Positions 1 to 10,317 of a stretch of 33,756 nucleotides of DNA are shown here, one piece after another. Source of the stretch: a candidate division WOR-3 bacterium (GTDB lineage: Bacteria; Hydrothermota; Tepidihabitantia; SM23-42; JAOAFX01); assembly GCA_037444665.1 (NCBI GenBank), contig JBBILZ010000024.1, forward strand, positions 1 through 33,756, read 5' to 3'. Position numbers and translations under genes: made by a program. The notes under the pieces were generated by a model, which did not search any database, was not told the origin of the DNA, and worked only from the letters and a program-made list of their open reading frames with translations. The number at the start of each line of letters is the position of its first letter. The first letter of the stretch is position 1.

Positions 1-998
1 CATCATTTTATTTACTTTTAGGTGCGGTCTATCGTGCTGCCGGTAATTTGAACAAGGCAATTGAATTCTGTCAGCGGGCAGCGGATATTAGCCAAAATAT
101 TGGTAATCAGCGTTTTCTTGGGCTCGCTAATAATAATCTTGGTATATACTATGAACTGCTCGGTGATATAAAAACTGCTACTGATTATTATACGAAAAGT
201 ATGGAACTACGCGCACGAATCGGTGACAAACGAGGTGAGGCAATTGGATATTTTAATCTTGGAACCTTAAAATCAAGAATTGGAGAAAAAAATAGTGCAA
301 TAGAACTGTATCAACTTTCTCAAAAAATTGCCCAGGAAATAAATGACATTCGCACCCTTTTCAATTCTATTATTGGAATCGCAAAAGATTTAATTGAACT
401 TGGCAAACTTTCTGAAGCATTTGAAAATATTAAAAAGGCAGAAAAACTCGCTCAAGAAAGAGATGAAGAATGGATGAAGTGTGATATTCAATACCATTAC
501 AGTAGATATTATTTTGCAAATGGTGATAGCAAAACTGCGGCAAACTACATACTTAAAGCGATTAATTCTGTGAATCCACAAACGAGCAAAGAAATTATTT
601 CCCGTTATTATATCTTGCTTGCTGAAATTTATATACAGGAAAATGATTCTAAGGCAATTCATTACGCAGAACAAGGTTTAAAAATGGCTCAAAATTTGAG
701 CGACAAATATCACGAGGCTCACTCCTTACAGATACTGGGTAAGAGCCAGATACTGCTCGCCAATGATCCGTCAACAGGCATCAGGAATATAAAAAGGGCA
801 ATTGCTATGGCTGATGAATTGAACTTAAAAGCCCTTTATGCTGATGGACTATTAACACTCGGCGAAGTGATGATTTATGAAAAAAATAAAAAACAAGCAA
901 TAAATTATACTAAACAGGCAAAAAAAATATACACCAAATTGAACTACAAAACAAAGATAGAAAAAATTGATAAGTTACTCAGAGAAATTTCGGGTTAA
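1..998 (+). CDS. TPR-repeat protein, C-terminal part (5' end outside the window)
   Basis: The frame is open from base 3. Repeated TPR-like helices (LANNNLGIYY..GD...A.DYY.KS; AIGYFNLG) resemble the TPR tails of AAA/cyclase-type regulators. Confidence 0.85.
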   Translation, partial: SFYLLLGAVYRAAGNLNKAIEFCQRAADISQNIGNQRFLGLANNNLGIYYELLGDIKTATDYYTKSMELRARIGDKRGEAIGYFNLGTLKSRIGEKNSAIELYQLSQKIAQEINDIRTLFNSIIGIAKDLIELGKLSEAFENIKKAEKLAQERDEEWMKCDIQYHYSRYYFANGDSKTAANYILKAINSVNPQTSKEIISRYYILLAEIYIQENDSKAIHYAEQGLKMAQNLSDKYHEAHSLQILGKSQILLANDPSTGIRNIKRAIAMADELNLKALYADGLLTLGEVMIYEKNKKQAINYTKQAKKIYTKLNYKTKIEKIDKLLREISG

Positions 999-1007
999 AA
1001 AAATTTT

Positions 1008-1568
1008 TTATTTTGGTCGGTTTGTTAATAAAGGAACACCACTCTCAGTCATCAAAAAATATATCGGTTTTGGACTATAGCCACCGTATCGTGAAAGAAT
1101 ATAATCTACATAGGTAATTGTTTCCGGTATTGAAGGAACCCTTTTTAATTGTTTGACAATGCCCGGTCCAGCATGGTATGCAGCAAGGGTAAGTTCCAGG
1201 TCACCATCAAACATATCAAAAAGAGAACGCAAAAATCTTATACCACCTTCTATATTCTGTGCCGGGTCAAATGGTTTTTTCACACCAAGACGTTTGGCAG
1301 TTTCAGGCATTAATTGCATTAATCCCATTGCCCCACTCTTTGAAACAGCCCGTGGATTAAATTGTGATTCTTTTTCAATAATCAATTTTACAAGTTTGGG
1401 GTCAACATTATAAAGTCTTGAATAATGATTAATAAGGTAATCGTAATCATTGACTTCAGTTTCAGAATCAAATTTCTGAACCGTCCCCAGTTGTGGAATA
1501 TTTGTAAGAATAATATTTTCTGACTGTTGATAAACATTTAACTGGCAGAAAACAACGAGAAATATCAT
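1008..1568 (-). CDS. Lytic transglycosylase (SLT domain), exported
   Basis: Motifs KES-QFNPRAVS, GAMGLMQLMP and LAAYHAG. Start moved to the ATG at 1568 because the ORF-track TTG at 1601 is part of the -35 box. Confidence 0.9.
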   Translation of the reverse strand: MIFLVVFCQLNVYQQSENIILTNIPQLGTVQKFDSETEVNDYDYLINHYSRLYNVDPKLVKLIIEKESQFNPRAVSKSGAMGLMQLMPETAKRLGVKKPFDPAQNIEGGIRFLRSLFDMFDGDLELTLAAYHAGPGIVKQLKRVPSIPETITYVDYILSRYGGYSPKPIYFLMTESGVPLLTNRPK

Positions 1569-1573
1569 ATAAA

Positions 1574-1601
1574 ATTTTATATAAAAGATAACTAATGTCA
1601 A
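1574..1601 (-). promoter_or_regulatory. sigma70-like promoter TTGACA-N16-TAAAAT, 5 nt before ATG (leaderless)
   Basis: -35 at 1601-1596, -10 at 1579-1574, ATG at 1568. Confidence 0.75.
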
Positions 1602-1673
1602 TACCAGGAAGATTATTTGGGAATGATAAATGAATATTATCGGATGATTGAAATAAAATAGTTTAACGAGAAT

Positions 1674-4538
1674 TTATTTACATCCCTGCATACTATTTTT
1701 ATGCGTAACGCCCTTTCCGTGTGATAATACATTTTTGAGAAACTGACCTGTATAAGACACTGAAACCTTTGCGACATCCTCTGGTGTTCCAGTGCATACA
1801 ACTCTACCGCCCTCTTCCCCACCCTCTGGTCCCAAATCAATAATCCAGTCTGCACACTTTATTACCTCAAGGTTATGTTCAATCACAATTACAGTATTTC
1901 CTCTATCAACAAGACGATTTAATACATCAAGTAATAATTTTACATCCTCAAAGTGTAAACCAGTGGTCGGTTCATCAAGAATGTAGACTGTCCTGCCGGT
2001 CGCAATTTTGGATAACTCTTTGGCAAGTTTTATCCGCTGTGCTTCACCCCCTGAAAGAGTAGTTGCAGACTGACCGAGTTTGATATAACCAAGCCCAACA
2101 TCGTATAACAATTGAAGTTTTCTCTTAATCATAGGTATATGCTGGAAAAAAATCAGTGCTTCAGATACAGACATATTCAAAACATCACTGATATTCTTAC
2201 CTTTGTATCTTATATCAAGGGTCTCTCTATTAAACCTTTTTCCCTGACAGGCATCGCAGGTTATATAAACATCCGGTAAGAAGTGCATCTCAATCCACAA
2301 AATCCCTCCACCCTCACACTGCTCACATCTTCCACCAGGAACATTGAATGAAAATCTGCCTGGTCTGTATCCTCGTGCCCTTGATTCAGGTAATGAAGCA
2401 AACAAATCCCGAATTGGCGTGAACGCACCAGTATAAGTAGCAGGATTTGAACGCGGGGTTCTGCCAATTGGTGACTGGTCAATATTTATTACCTTATCAA
2501 TGAATTGCAAACCATCAATTCCTGAATGTTCACCTGCCGGGAATTTTGATTTGTAGTATTTTTGGGCAAGGGCACGATATAAGGTATCAACGATAAGCGT
2601 TGATTTTCCTGAACCGGAAACACCGGTTACGCAGACGAATACTCCAAGGGGGATCTCAACATCAATGGACTTCAGGTTGTTTGCCCGTGCACCACGAATG
2701 ATTATTGAATGCTTTTTTTGCCGTCGGTTTTTCGGAATTTCAATCTTTTTTAAACCGACCAAATACTGCCCGGTAATAGATCTGTTATTCTTTGCTATAT
2801 CATCCGGGGTTCCAGAGCAGACTAAATAACCACCCTGTTCGCCCGCACCGGGTCCAAGGTCAATTATATAATCAGCAGAACGAATTGTCTCGGCATCATG
2901 TTCTACTACAAGCACAGTATTACCAAGATCGCGCAGAGACTTCAGGGTATTGAGTAACCGTTGATTATCGCGCTGATGCAAACCAATAGATGGCTCATCA
3001 AGGATGTATAATACACCAACCAGACCCGAACCAATCTGGGTGGCAAGCCTTACCCTCTGCTCTTCACCTCCAGCAAGTGAATCTGTGGTCCTATCAAGAG
3101 TAAGATAATCAAGTCCAACTGAATTTAGAAATTCAAGCCTTCTTATAATCTCTTTTATTATGTCCCGGGAAACAATCTTTTCCTTTTCATTCAATTTTAA
3201 ATTTTTAAAAAAATCAAGTGCTTTTTTTACAGAATATGCACTGACCTCTGCAATATTCTTTTCTGCAATCTTTATTGCCAGACTTTGAGGTTTTAACCTC
3301 TTACCCTTGCACTGGGGACAGGGTGTTATTACCATATAATCCTCTATCTCTTCCCTTATTGCCTCGGATGTGGTCTCCCGGTATCTTCGCATCAGTTCAG
3401 GTATTACTCCTTCAAACTCCTCCTGGAATACTCCTCTGCCTGAACCATCGCGACGGATATATTCAACTTCAATGGGAATGTTTTCGCCATATACTATTGC
3501 ATCCTTAACCTCTGCAGGTAATTTGTTGAATGGTCTATCAAGATTAAATTTCAATTTTTTTGCGAGTCCTTTTAAGATTGCACTGCGCCAGGAACCAGGC
3601 AAGCCGTATGGTTTTATTGCCCCATCCAAAATAGAAAGTTCAGGATTCAGAATTACTCTCTTCGGGTCAATCTCCATCTTTGTGCCCAATCCATCACAGA
3701 CATCACACGCACCATAAGGAGAATTAAAAGAAAACATCCTGGGCGACACTTCAGGATAACTTATGCCACAATTCACACAGGCAAGTTTCTGGCTGAAGAT
3801 TTTCTCTTCTTTAGCATCAATGATAACCATCAACAGTCCTTCACCCTCCCTCAATCCCATTTCTACTGAATCTGCAAGCCGTTTCCTTATCCCTTCTCTT
3901 ATATCAATCCTGTCAATCACAATTTCAATATTATGCTTTTTATAACGCTCAAGCTCTGGCACCTGTTCAATATCATAAACTTTACCATTGACACGGATGC
4001 GGACATAACCCCTTCTTCTAAGACGCTGGAAAAATTCCTTGTATTCACCCTTTCTACCCCTGATTACCGGTGCCAGAATCTCTATTTTTGTGCCACCAGG
4101 TAAAGACATTATTGCATCAACAATCTGGTCTGTAGTCTGGGACTCAATCCGCCTGCCACATTGATAACAGTAGGGTGTGCCAATGCGGGCAAATAGAACC
4201 CTTAAATAATCATACACCTCAGTGACCGTGCCTACTGTAGAGCGTGGATTTTTTGCTGCTGTCCTCTGCTGAATCGCAATCGCTGGTGAAAGTCCAATGA
4301 TTTCATCAACATCAGGTTTATCCATCATTCCTAAAAACTGTCTTGCGTAGGCAGAGAGAGACTCCACATACCTGCGTTTACCTTCAGCATAAAGTGTATC
4401 AAAAGCCAGTGATGATTTACCTGAACCTGAAATGCCAGTGACCACCACCAATTTGTTACGAGGAATTAAAACATTAATATTTTTAAGGTTATGAACCCTT
4501 GCTCCTCTTACATATATACCATCCGAAATATTAGCCAC
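1674..4538 (-). CDS. uvrA: Excinuclease ABC subunit A
   Basis: [10 protein letters not shown]; two Walker A motifs ([18 protein letters not shown]); zinc-finger CxxC pairs; [21 protein letters not shown]. Probable start is the GTG at 4538, because the TTG at 4544 overlaps the -10 box. Confidence 0.97.
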   Translation of the reverse strand: MANISDGIYVRGARVHNLKNINVLIPRNKLVVVTGISGSGKSSLAFDTLYAEGKRRYVESLSAYARQFLGMMDKPDVDEIIGLSPAIAIQQRTAAKNPRSTVGTVTEVYDYLRVLFARIGTPYCYQCGRRIESQTTDQIVDAIMSLPGGTKIEILAPVIRGRKGEYKEFFQRLRRRGYVRIRVNGKVYDIEQVPELERYKKHNIEIVIDRIDIREGIRKRLADSVEMGLREGEGLLMVIIDAKEEKIFSQKLACVNCGISYPEVSPRMFSFNSPYGACDVCDGLGTKMEIDPKRVILNPELSILDGAIKPYGLPGSWRSAILKGLAKKLKFNLDRPFNKLPAEVKDAIVYGENIPIEVEYIRRDGSGRGVFQEEFEGVIPELMRRYRETTSEAIREEIEDYMVITPCPQCKGKRLKPQSLAIKIAEKNIAEVSAYSVKKALDFFKNLKLNEKEKIVSRDIIKEIIRRLEFLNSVGLDYLTLDRTTDSLAGGEEQRVRLATQIGSGLVGVLYILDEPSIGLHQRDNQRLLNTLKSLRDLGNTVLVVEHDAETIRSADYIIDLGPGAGEQGGYLVCSGTPDDIAKNNRSITGQYLVGLKKIEIPKNRRQKKHSIIIRGARANNLKSIDVEIPLGVFVCVTGVSGSGKSTLIVDTLYRALAQKYYKSKFPAGEHSGIDGLQFIDKVINIDQSPIGRTPRSNPATYTGAFTPIRDLFASLPESRARGYRPGRFSFNVPGGRCEQCEGGGILWIEMHFLPDVYITCDACQGKRFNRETLDIRYKGKNISDVLNMSVSEALIFFQHIPMIKRKLQLLYDVGLGYIKLGQSATTLSGGEAQRIKLAKELSKIATGRTVYILDEPTTGLHFEDVKLLLDVLNRLVDRGNTVIVIEHNLEVIKCADWIIDLGPEGGEEGGRVVCTGTPEDVAKVSVSYTGQFLKNVLSHGKGVTHKNSMQGCK

Positions 4539-4543
4539 AGCCA

Positions 4544-4571
4544 ATAATAATCAGAAGTAATTTAGTGTCAA
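4544..4571 (-). promoter_or_regulatory. sigma70-like promoter TTGACA-N16-TATTAT, 5 nt before GTG (leaderless)
   Basis: -35 at 4571-4566, -10 at 4549-4544, in-frame GTG at 4538. Confidence 0.7.
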
Positions 4572-4585
4572 GATTGATTACTACT

Positions 4586-5788
4586 CTATTTTAAGTATTT
4601 TTTACCTTTGAGATTCTCCGGCATATAATCCTGGTCAACCTTTGCATCAGGATAATTATGCGGGTATTTATAGCCTTTGCCATATCCGAGTTTTTCCATC
4701 AATGGGGTTGGTGCATTCCTTATATGCATGGGAACTGGCTCAGCAAGTGTGTTCAGGGCATCCCTTTTCGCTTCTGCATAGGCAAGATGTATCTCATTAC
4801 TCTTTTTTGCCCGCGCCAGGTATACAACACACTCAGCCAGTGCCAGGTCACCTTCAGGTCTGCCAATAAAATCAACCGCATCTTTTGCTGCTATAGCAAT
4901 GACCAGCGCCTGGGGGTCTGCACTACCAATATCTTCTACTGCAAAACGAACCAGACGACGCGCAATATACAATGGGTCCTCACCTGCCTCAAGCATCCTC
5001 GCAAGCCAGTAAAGAGAAGCATCAGGGTCAGAACCTCTCAATGATTTGTGGAGTGCAGATATTAGATTATAGTGTTCTTCACCTGCCTTGTCATACCTCA
5101 ATGCCTTTTTCTGAACAATCTCTTCGGCAAGTTTTAAATCTATTTTTTTATCTTTTGTAGCAAATGCACACAATTCAAGGGCATTGAGTGCAACCCTCGC
5201 ATCACCATCAGATATATTGGCAATAAAATTTAATGCCTCTTCAGTAATCTCATATTTATTATCAAGCCCCTTGGGCGAACTGAGACCTCTCTGCAAAATC
5301 CTTTTCATATCATCAAATGAAAGGGGATTAAGCATATATACTTTTACTCGGGAAAGAAGACTTGAATTTAATTCAAATGAAGGATTCTCTGTGGTTGCAC
5401 CAATAAGGATTATTGTGCCTTTTTCCAGATATGGTAAAAATGCATCCTGCTGTGCTCTATTAAATCTATGAATTTCGTCAATAAAAATTATTGTATCACG
5501 ATTAAAAAGACTCTTTTTCTTTTCAACCTCTTCCATAAATTTCTTTATCTCTACAATTCCGCTCGTTGCCGCTGAAAATGATACAAAATCTGCAGAAAAT
5601 TTTTTTGCAAACAATCGGGCAATTGTTGTCTTTCCACTACCTGGGGGTCCAAATAGCACCATAGAAAATAATCTGCCCTGTTCAATCTGTCTGGTAATCG
5701 GACCGTCCGAACCAAGCAAATGCTCCTGCCCGAGTATATCATTGAAATCTTCAGGTCTTATGCGGTCAGCAAGGGGTGTTTTATCCAC
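4586..5788 (-). CDS. rarA: Replication-associated recombination protein A (RarA/MgsA AAA+ ATPase)
   Basis: PLADRIRP, GPPGSGKTT, FIDEIHRFN, GATTENPSF, ISALHKSLRGSD, GYGKGYKYPH. Confidence 0.95.
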   Translation of the reverse strand: MDKTPLADRIRPEDFNDILGQEHLLGSDGPITRQIEQGRLFSMVLFGPPGSGKTTIARLFAKKFSADFVSFSAATSGIVEIKKFMEEVEKKKSLFNRDTIIFIDEIHRFNRAQQDAFLPYLEKGTIILIGATTENPSFELNSSLLSRVKVYMLNPLSFDDMKRILQRGLSSPKGLDNKYEITEEALNFIANISDGDARVALNALELCAFATKDKKIDLKLAEEIVQKKALRYDKAGEEHYNLISALHKSLRGSDPDASLYWLARMLEAGEDPLYIARRLVRFAVEDIGSADPQALVIAIAAKDAVDFIGRPEGDLALAECVVYLARAKKSNEIHLAYAEAKRDALNTLAEPVPMHIRNAPTPLMEKLGYGKGYKYPHNYPDAKVDQDYMPENLKGKKYLK

Positions 5789-6587
5789 GATATATATAAT
5801 ACAAATAAAAGAAAGGAATATTAAATATTAAAGAATCCAGCCGGTCAAGAAATCCACCATGGCCTGGAAAAACATTTGACGTATCCTTTAGATTTACTTC
5901 ACGTTTCATTCCCGACTCAAAAAGGTCGCCCAGTGTTCCCAAAAATCCAACCCCAAGTGTAATCCATACCGCATCCATAAAATTAAAATGTTTTATCCAC
6001 AGTGAATTTAACCATAGGGTCAAAGGAAAAGTTAAAAAGAAAGCGAGCATTGTTCCCTCCACAGACTTTTTAGGACTCAATTTCTCAGCGAGCCGATGTT
6101 TTCCAATGATTGTGCCTACAAAATAAGCAAAGGTATCGTATATCCAGGTCAGCAAAAGGGGCATAAGACTAATATAAAATCCATATTTTCTTAACAGGAT
6201 TATGGTTGAAGGTAGAACCGAAATATAGAAGACGCCAAAAAAACCCGCACAGAATTCAGCGAGAAAATTTGGTTTATAACGGGCACCAGGATATCGCATA
6301 ACTGATAGCAAGACAACAAAAAAGAAGAGCAAAAAACCCGGCAAAAGTAGAGGAACTTCATAATAAAATAAAAAAGGAATTGTAAAGGCAGGGAATAATA
6401 CCGCAAGCGTATGGGGATAGATATCTTTTCTATGCCAGAATCTGAAATATTCATTCGTTGCAAAGGCGATAAAAATTATTAATAGCAATGGAATCAGTAT
6501 ACTATCAAGCCACAAAGCGATAACAACAATCGCAACAAGGAGAAATCCTGTTTTTATTCTCTTAAATATGTCATTAAACAGCGCCAA
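5781..6587 (-). CDS. cdsA: Phosphatidate cytidylyltransferase
   Basis: Multi-pass membrane protein with DTFAYFVG, SPKKSVEG, GDLFES.MKR..KD..PGHGGFLDRLDS; lies directly after uppS. Probable TTG start at 6587 with AGGGAG 7 nt upstream. Confidence 0.93.
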   Translation of the reverse strand: MALFNDIFKRIKTGFLLVAIVVIALWLDSILIPLLLIIFIAFATNEYFRFWHRKDIYPHTLAVLFPAFTIPFLFYYEVPLLLPGFLLFFFVVLLSVMRYPGARYKPNFLAEFCAGFFGVFYISVLPSTIILLRKYGFYISLMPLLLTWIYDTFAYFVGTIIGKHRLAEKLSPKKSVEGTMLAFFLTFPLTLWLNSLWIKHFNFMDAVWITLGVGFLGTLGDLFESGMKREVNLKDTSNVFPGHGGFLDRLDSLIFNIPFFYLYYIYRG

Positions 6588-7278
6588 ATAAACGCTCCCT
6601 CTTGTTATAATCTTCAATCGCCTTTAAAAATTCCTTTTTTCGGAAATCGGGCCAGAGCGTCCTGGTAAAATAAATTTCAGAATAAGCAATCTGCCAGAGC
6701 AGAAAATTTGATATCCTCTCCCTGTGCTCGGCACCGGTTCTAATCAACAGGTCCGGCGGTGGTAGATTTGGGTCATACAGATAATTTCTAAACTCTGCTT
6801 CATTAAATTCTTCAAGATTGATTTGCTTTTTTCTGTCTGCCATAATAATTTTTTTGACTGCGTCTACAATTTCACCCTGCCCACCATAATTCAAACAGAG
6901 TGTAAGAACCAGTCGATTATTGTTCTTTGTCAATTCAAGTGCATTATCAAGTGCCATCTTCGCATTGGGATAAAGCTCATTTAATCTGCCAATGGCATTT
7001 ATTCGCACATTATTTTTGTGAAGTTCTGGTGTCTCTTTTACGATCATCTCTTCAAGCATATTCATCAAGGTTTGAACCTCTTCACTCGGCCTCTTCCAAT
7101 TTTCCGTAGAAAAAGTATAAAGGGTTAGATATTTGATATGGAGGTCACGACATATTTTTACAACCTCTCTGACCGATTCCACACCCTCACGATGGCCAAT
7201 CACCCTGGGCAGTCCTCTCTTCCTTGCCCATCTGCCATTGCCATCCATAATGATTGCGATATGATTGATTTCAGGCAC
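6574..7278 (-). CDS. uppS: Undecaprenyl/polyprenyl diphosphate synthase
   Basis: HIAIIMDGNGRWA, FSTENWKR, DLLIRT, RISNFLLWQ.AY, WPDF. Confidence 0.96.
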   Translation of the reverse strand: MPEINHIAIIMDGNGRWARKRGLPRVIGHREGVESVREVVKICRDLHIKYLTLYTFSTENWKRPSEEVQTLMNMLEEMIVKETPELHKNNVRINAIGRLNELYPNAKMALDNALELTKNNNRLVLTLCLNYGGQGEIVDAVKKIIMADRKKQINLEEFNEAEFRNYLYDPNLPPPDLLIRTGAEHRERISNFLLWQIAYSEIYFTRTLWPDFRKKEFLKAIEDYNKRERLFGAV

Positions 7279-7283
7279 AGTAA

Positions 7284-7311
7284 ATTATATGGTTAATATA
7301 CAATTTGTCAA
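7284..7311 (-). promoter_or_regulatory. Consensus promoter TTGACA-N16-TATAAT, 5 nt before GTG (leaderless)
   Basis: -35 at 7311-7306, -10 at 7289-7284, GTG at 7278. Confidence 0.85.
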
Positions 7312-7331
7312 TGAATCAAACGATAAAATTA

Positions 7332-10124
7332 TTACAATATCTTTCTTTTCCATCTCGCCTTTATTTTTGCAATGGGTAGGTCAATCAGCAGTTTTTTCGT
7401 TGAATAAATCCGCACATTCTTTTGCCGGGTAGTTTTCCCAACCATTGCCCATGGTAAATCTCCTATTATTTTTTCAAAACCCTCTTTATTAACGGGCAGG
7501 ACTTCAACGAGAAATCGTGTATTTGATTCAGAGAACAATAAAATATCATCTCGCCTTTTTTTACCCATAAACTTTATCCTTGCAAGGTCAATCTGACAGC
7601 CAATCTCTCCTGCCATTGCCATCTCACTGATTGCCAGACCCAGCCCACCTTCAGAGAGGTCGTGGCAGGATAAAACCAGCCCATTAATGATTGCGCTTTG
7701 GATTCTCTTCATTATTAAGGGTGCAAGTTTTAGATTGACACCGGGAACAGTATTATTTTTAATCTTCAAAAGTCTTAGATATTCTGAGCCACCGAGCTCT
7801 TCTTTTGTCAAACCCACCAGGTATATCAAACTTTCTGGTCTTTTAAAGTCCATTGTTATACATTTTCTCACATCATCAATAATACCGATTGCCGAGATCA
7901 GAAGTGTGGGCGGGATTAAATGGCTCTGACCATCTTCATCCAACCATTCATTATTTAAACTGTCTTTTCCTGAAATGAACGGCACACCAAATGCCCTGGC
8001 ACCATCATAGCACCCGCGTGCGCTCAATACAATATCTCCAAGAACCTCTTCTCGTTCCGGTGAAGAAAAACAAAAATTATCAAGCATTGCACATTTTGTA
8101 ATATCACCACCAGTTGCAACAATATTACGAAGCGCCTCATCAATCACAGACAATGCCATGTTGTATGCATCATATTTCCCATAGGCGGGATTTATACCAC
8201 ATGAGACAATAATTCCCTTATTCTTGTGAAGTAATGGTTTTATTACAACTGCATCCTGGTGTCCATCTTTGTACACACCTGTGAATGGTTTTATAACACT
8301 TGCGCCCTGAACTTCATGGTCATATTCCCGCACCAACCATTCGCGCGAAGAACAGTTATAGCTACCTGCAATATCAAGCAAGATTTTATTATAGTCACGG
8401 GGCTCTGGAAATTGTATATTTCTAAAATTCACATTCTTTTTCTGTGCCTTCTTTTCAGGCATTGGAAGTCCATTGTGTAAGAAATCCATATCCAGTTCAC
8501 AAACCCTTTGATTTTTGTAATACAATTCTAATTTTTTGTTATTGGTAAATTTTCCTATGACCGTTGCTTCTACCCCTTCGTTATTAAAAATCTTGACGAC
8601 CTTTTTGATATATTCTGGAGCAACTGAAAGTATCATTCGCTCCTGAGATTCTGAAATCCATATTTCTCTCGGTGTGAGCCCGGCATATTTTAAGGGTACC
8701 TTTTCTAAATAGACCTTTGCCCCTATTTCTTTACCCATTTCACCAACCGCACTTGAAAGCCCACCACCACCACAATCCGTAACCGAATTTAAAATCCCCA
8801 GTTCACTCACTTTCAAAAGGCAGTCCATCACCCTTTTTTCTACAATTGGATTACCAATCTGGACACATGACTTTTCTGCCTCAACAGAGAGTTCTGCAGA
8901 TGAGAAAGTTGCTCCATGTATACCATCGCGGCCGGTTTTACCGCCGACAAGTAAGATCAAATCTCCGCATTTTGCGCCCTTTTTAATCCGGTCTTTTCTA
9001 ATCAATCCCACAGTGCCGCAATAGACCAGTGGATTATAAAGAAAATCTTCATCAAAATATACAGCACCACTCTTAGTGGGAATACCCATACGATTCCCAT
9101 AGTCGCGCACACCCTGGTACACCCCTTTTATAATCCTCTTTGGATGCAATATTCCCTTTGGCAGTTTTTTGTAATCAAGGTCAGGAGGTCCGAAACAGAA
9201 AACATCAGTGTTCATAATAGGCCGTGCACCGAGGCCTGTGCCTAAAATATCACGGATAACGCCGCCAATCCCTGTGGCAGCACCACCATAAGGTTCTAAT
9301 GCTGATGGATGATTATGCGTCTCAACCTTGAAACAGACACCATAATGTTCATCAAATTCAATAATTCCTGAGTTATCATGAAACACTGAAAGGCACAAAG
9401 GATGGGCTATTTCCCGGGTTGCCCGCATTATCGTGTTTTTCAGAAGATTATCAATCACTTCATTGCCCATTTTAATCTTTCCGAGAAATGTCTTATGTCT
9501 GCAATGCTCACTCCAGGTCTGGGCGATTGTTTCAAGTTCAACATCCGTAGGTTTCCGTTTTATTTTTTGAAAATATCTTTTAATTGTCTCCATCTCAAGT
9601 TTTGATAATGATAAGCCCATTTCCCGGCTTAATCTTTCCAAACCAGTGTTCAGGTCAATATTCAAATACGAATATTTTACTTTTTTGGTAAAAAATTCCT
9701 TCTCACCGATTTTTTTGATGTGTTGAATCAATGGATTATACAGGAATAAACCTGCAGTCTGTTTCAACCTTTCTTTATCAAACCTACCTTTAAATATATA
9801 GTTTGTTCCGGTCTTCACACTTTTCAGATTTATTCCTATATCCCTTGCTGCTTTTTTTATACTATCTTCTCTTGGGTCTGTCACACCTAAATTAAAAAGA
9901 ATTTCAAAACCTTTACCCGAACAAATTTTAAATTCTTCAACTACTGGGTCACAAAATAACTCTCGCGCAATAAATGCTACTTTTTTATAAGGGATACGGT
10001 CATAAATATAGTAGACATCCTTTACCTCAACCGAAGTAATACCCCGGAAACCTACTGACTCAAAGTCTTCTTTGACAAATTTTCCTCGCGGGTCGTTCTT
10101 TCTTTTTATCTCAATCCGATACAT
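7332..10124 (-). CDS. purL: Phosphoribosylformylglycinamidine synthase subunit PurL with N-terminal PurS-like repeats; no glutaminase domain
   Basis: QTWSEHCRHK, KVETHNHPSALEPYGGAATGIGGVIRD, GRDGIHGATFSS, SESQERM, ISGKDSLNN, HDLSEGG. Confidence 0.95.
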   Translation of the reverse strand: MYRIEIKRKNDPRGKFVKEDFESVGFRGITSVEVKDVYYIYDRIPYKKVAFIARELFCDPVVEEFKICSGKGFEILFNLGVTDPREDSIKKAARDIGINLKSVKTGTNYIFKGRFDKERLKQTAGLFLYNPLIQHIKKIGEKEFFTKKVKYSYLNIDLNTGLERLSREMGLSLSKLEMETIKRYFQKIKRKPTDVELETIAQTWSEHCRHKTFLGKIKMGNEVIDNLLKNTIMRATREIAHPLCLSVFHDNSGIIEFDEHYGVCFKVETHNHPSALEPYGGAATGIGGVIRDILGTGLGARPIMNTDVFCFGPPDLDYKKLPKGILHPKRIIKGVYQGVRDYGNRMGIPTKSGAVYFDEDFLYNPLVYCGTVGLIRKDRIKKGAKCGDLILLVGGKTGRDGIHGATFSSAELSVEAEKSCVQIGNPIVEKRVMDCLLKVSELGILNSVTDCGGGGLSSAVGEMGKEIGAKVYLEKVPLKYAGLTPREIWISESQERMILSVAPEYIKKVVKIFNNEGVEATVIGKFTNNKKLELYYKNQRVCELDMDFLHNGLPMPEKKAQKKNVNFRNIQFPEPRDYNKILLDIAGSYNCSSREWLVREYDHEVQGASVIKPFTGVYKDGHQDAVVIKPLLHKNKGIIVSCGINPAYGKYDAYNMALSVIDEALRNIVATGGDITKCAMLDNFCFSSPEREEVLGDIVLSARGCYDGARAFGVPFISGKDSLNNEWLDEDGQSHLIPPTLLISAIGIIDDVRKCITMDFKRPESLIYLVGLTKEELGGSEYLRLLKIKNNTVPGVNLKLAPLIMKRIQSAIINGLVLSCHDLSEGGLGLAISEMAMAGEIGCQIDLARIKFMGKKRRDDILLFSESNTRFLVEVLPVNKEGFEKIIGDLPWAMVGKTTRQKNVRIYSTKKLLIDLPIAKIKARWKRKIL

Positions 10125-10317
10125 ATATTCATTCTAATTCAGAATTTGTCATCAACCTGATAGTTAACAAGGCGCAAGCAGGCATTATGATATAATCCTC
10201 CTTCTCAGCCAGAACCCCAAGACTACAATTCCCCATAAGAACAATAACAAAATACAGAACAGTGCAACAATTAAATATATTGGTATTGTTCTATTTGCTC
10301 CGTTATCAAAATCTGCA

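Noticed and set aside
995..1010. A/T palindrome between the convergent TPR and SLT genes as a terminator
   Set aside because: An AT-only stem is too weak to call.
1637..1855. 72-aa alternative-frame ORF at the uvrA 3' end, and the other short overlapping ORFs in the track
   Set aside because: They lie within or antisense to well-supported genes and have no motifs or initiation signals.
4545..4585. SOS/LexA operator upstream of uvrA (AGTAAT...ATTACT and TAATCA...TGATTA inverted hexamers)
   Set aside because: It matches no LexA box I know, is not repeated upstream of other repair genes here, and AT-rich inverted hexamers are expected by chance.
10138..10156. TGATGA-caaatt-CTGA box C/D (K-loop)-like motif on the minus strand
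   Set aside because: There is almost no flanking stem, so it is likely chance.
10125..10317. Purine, ZTP or PRPP riboswitch upstream of purL
   Set aside because: I could not match the conserved cores of these riboswitches by eye; an Infernal/Rfam scan would be decisive.
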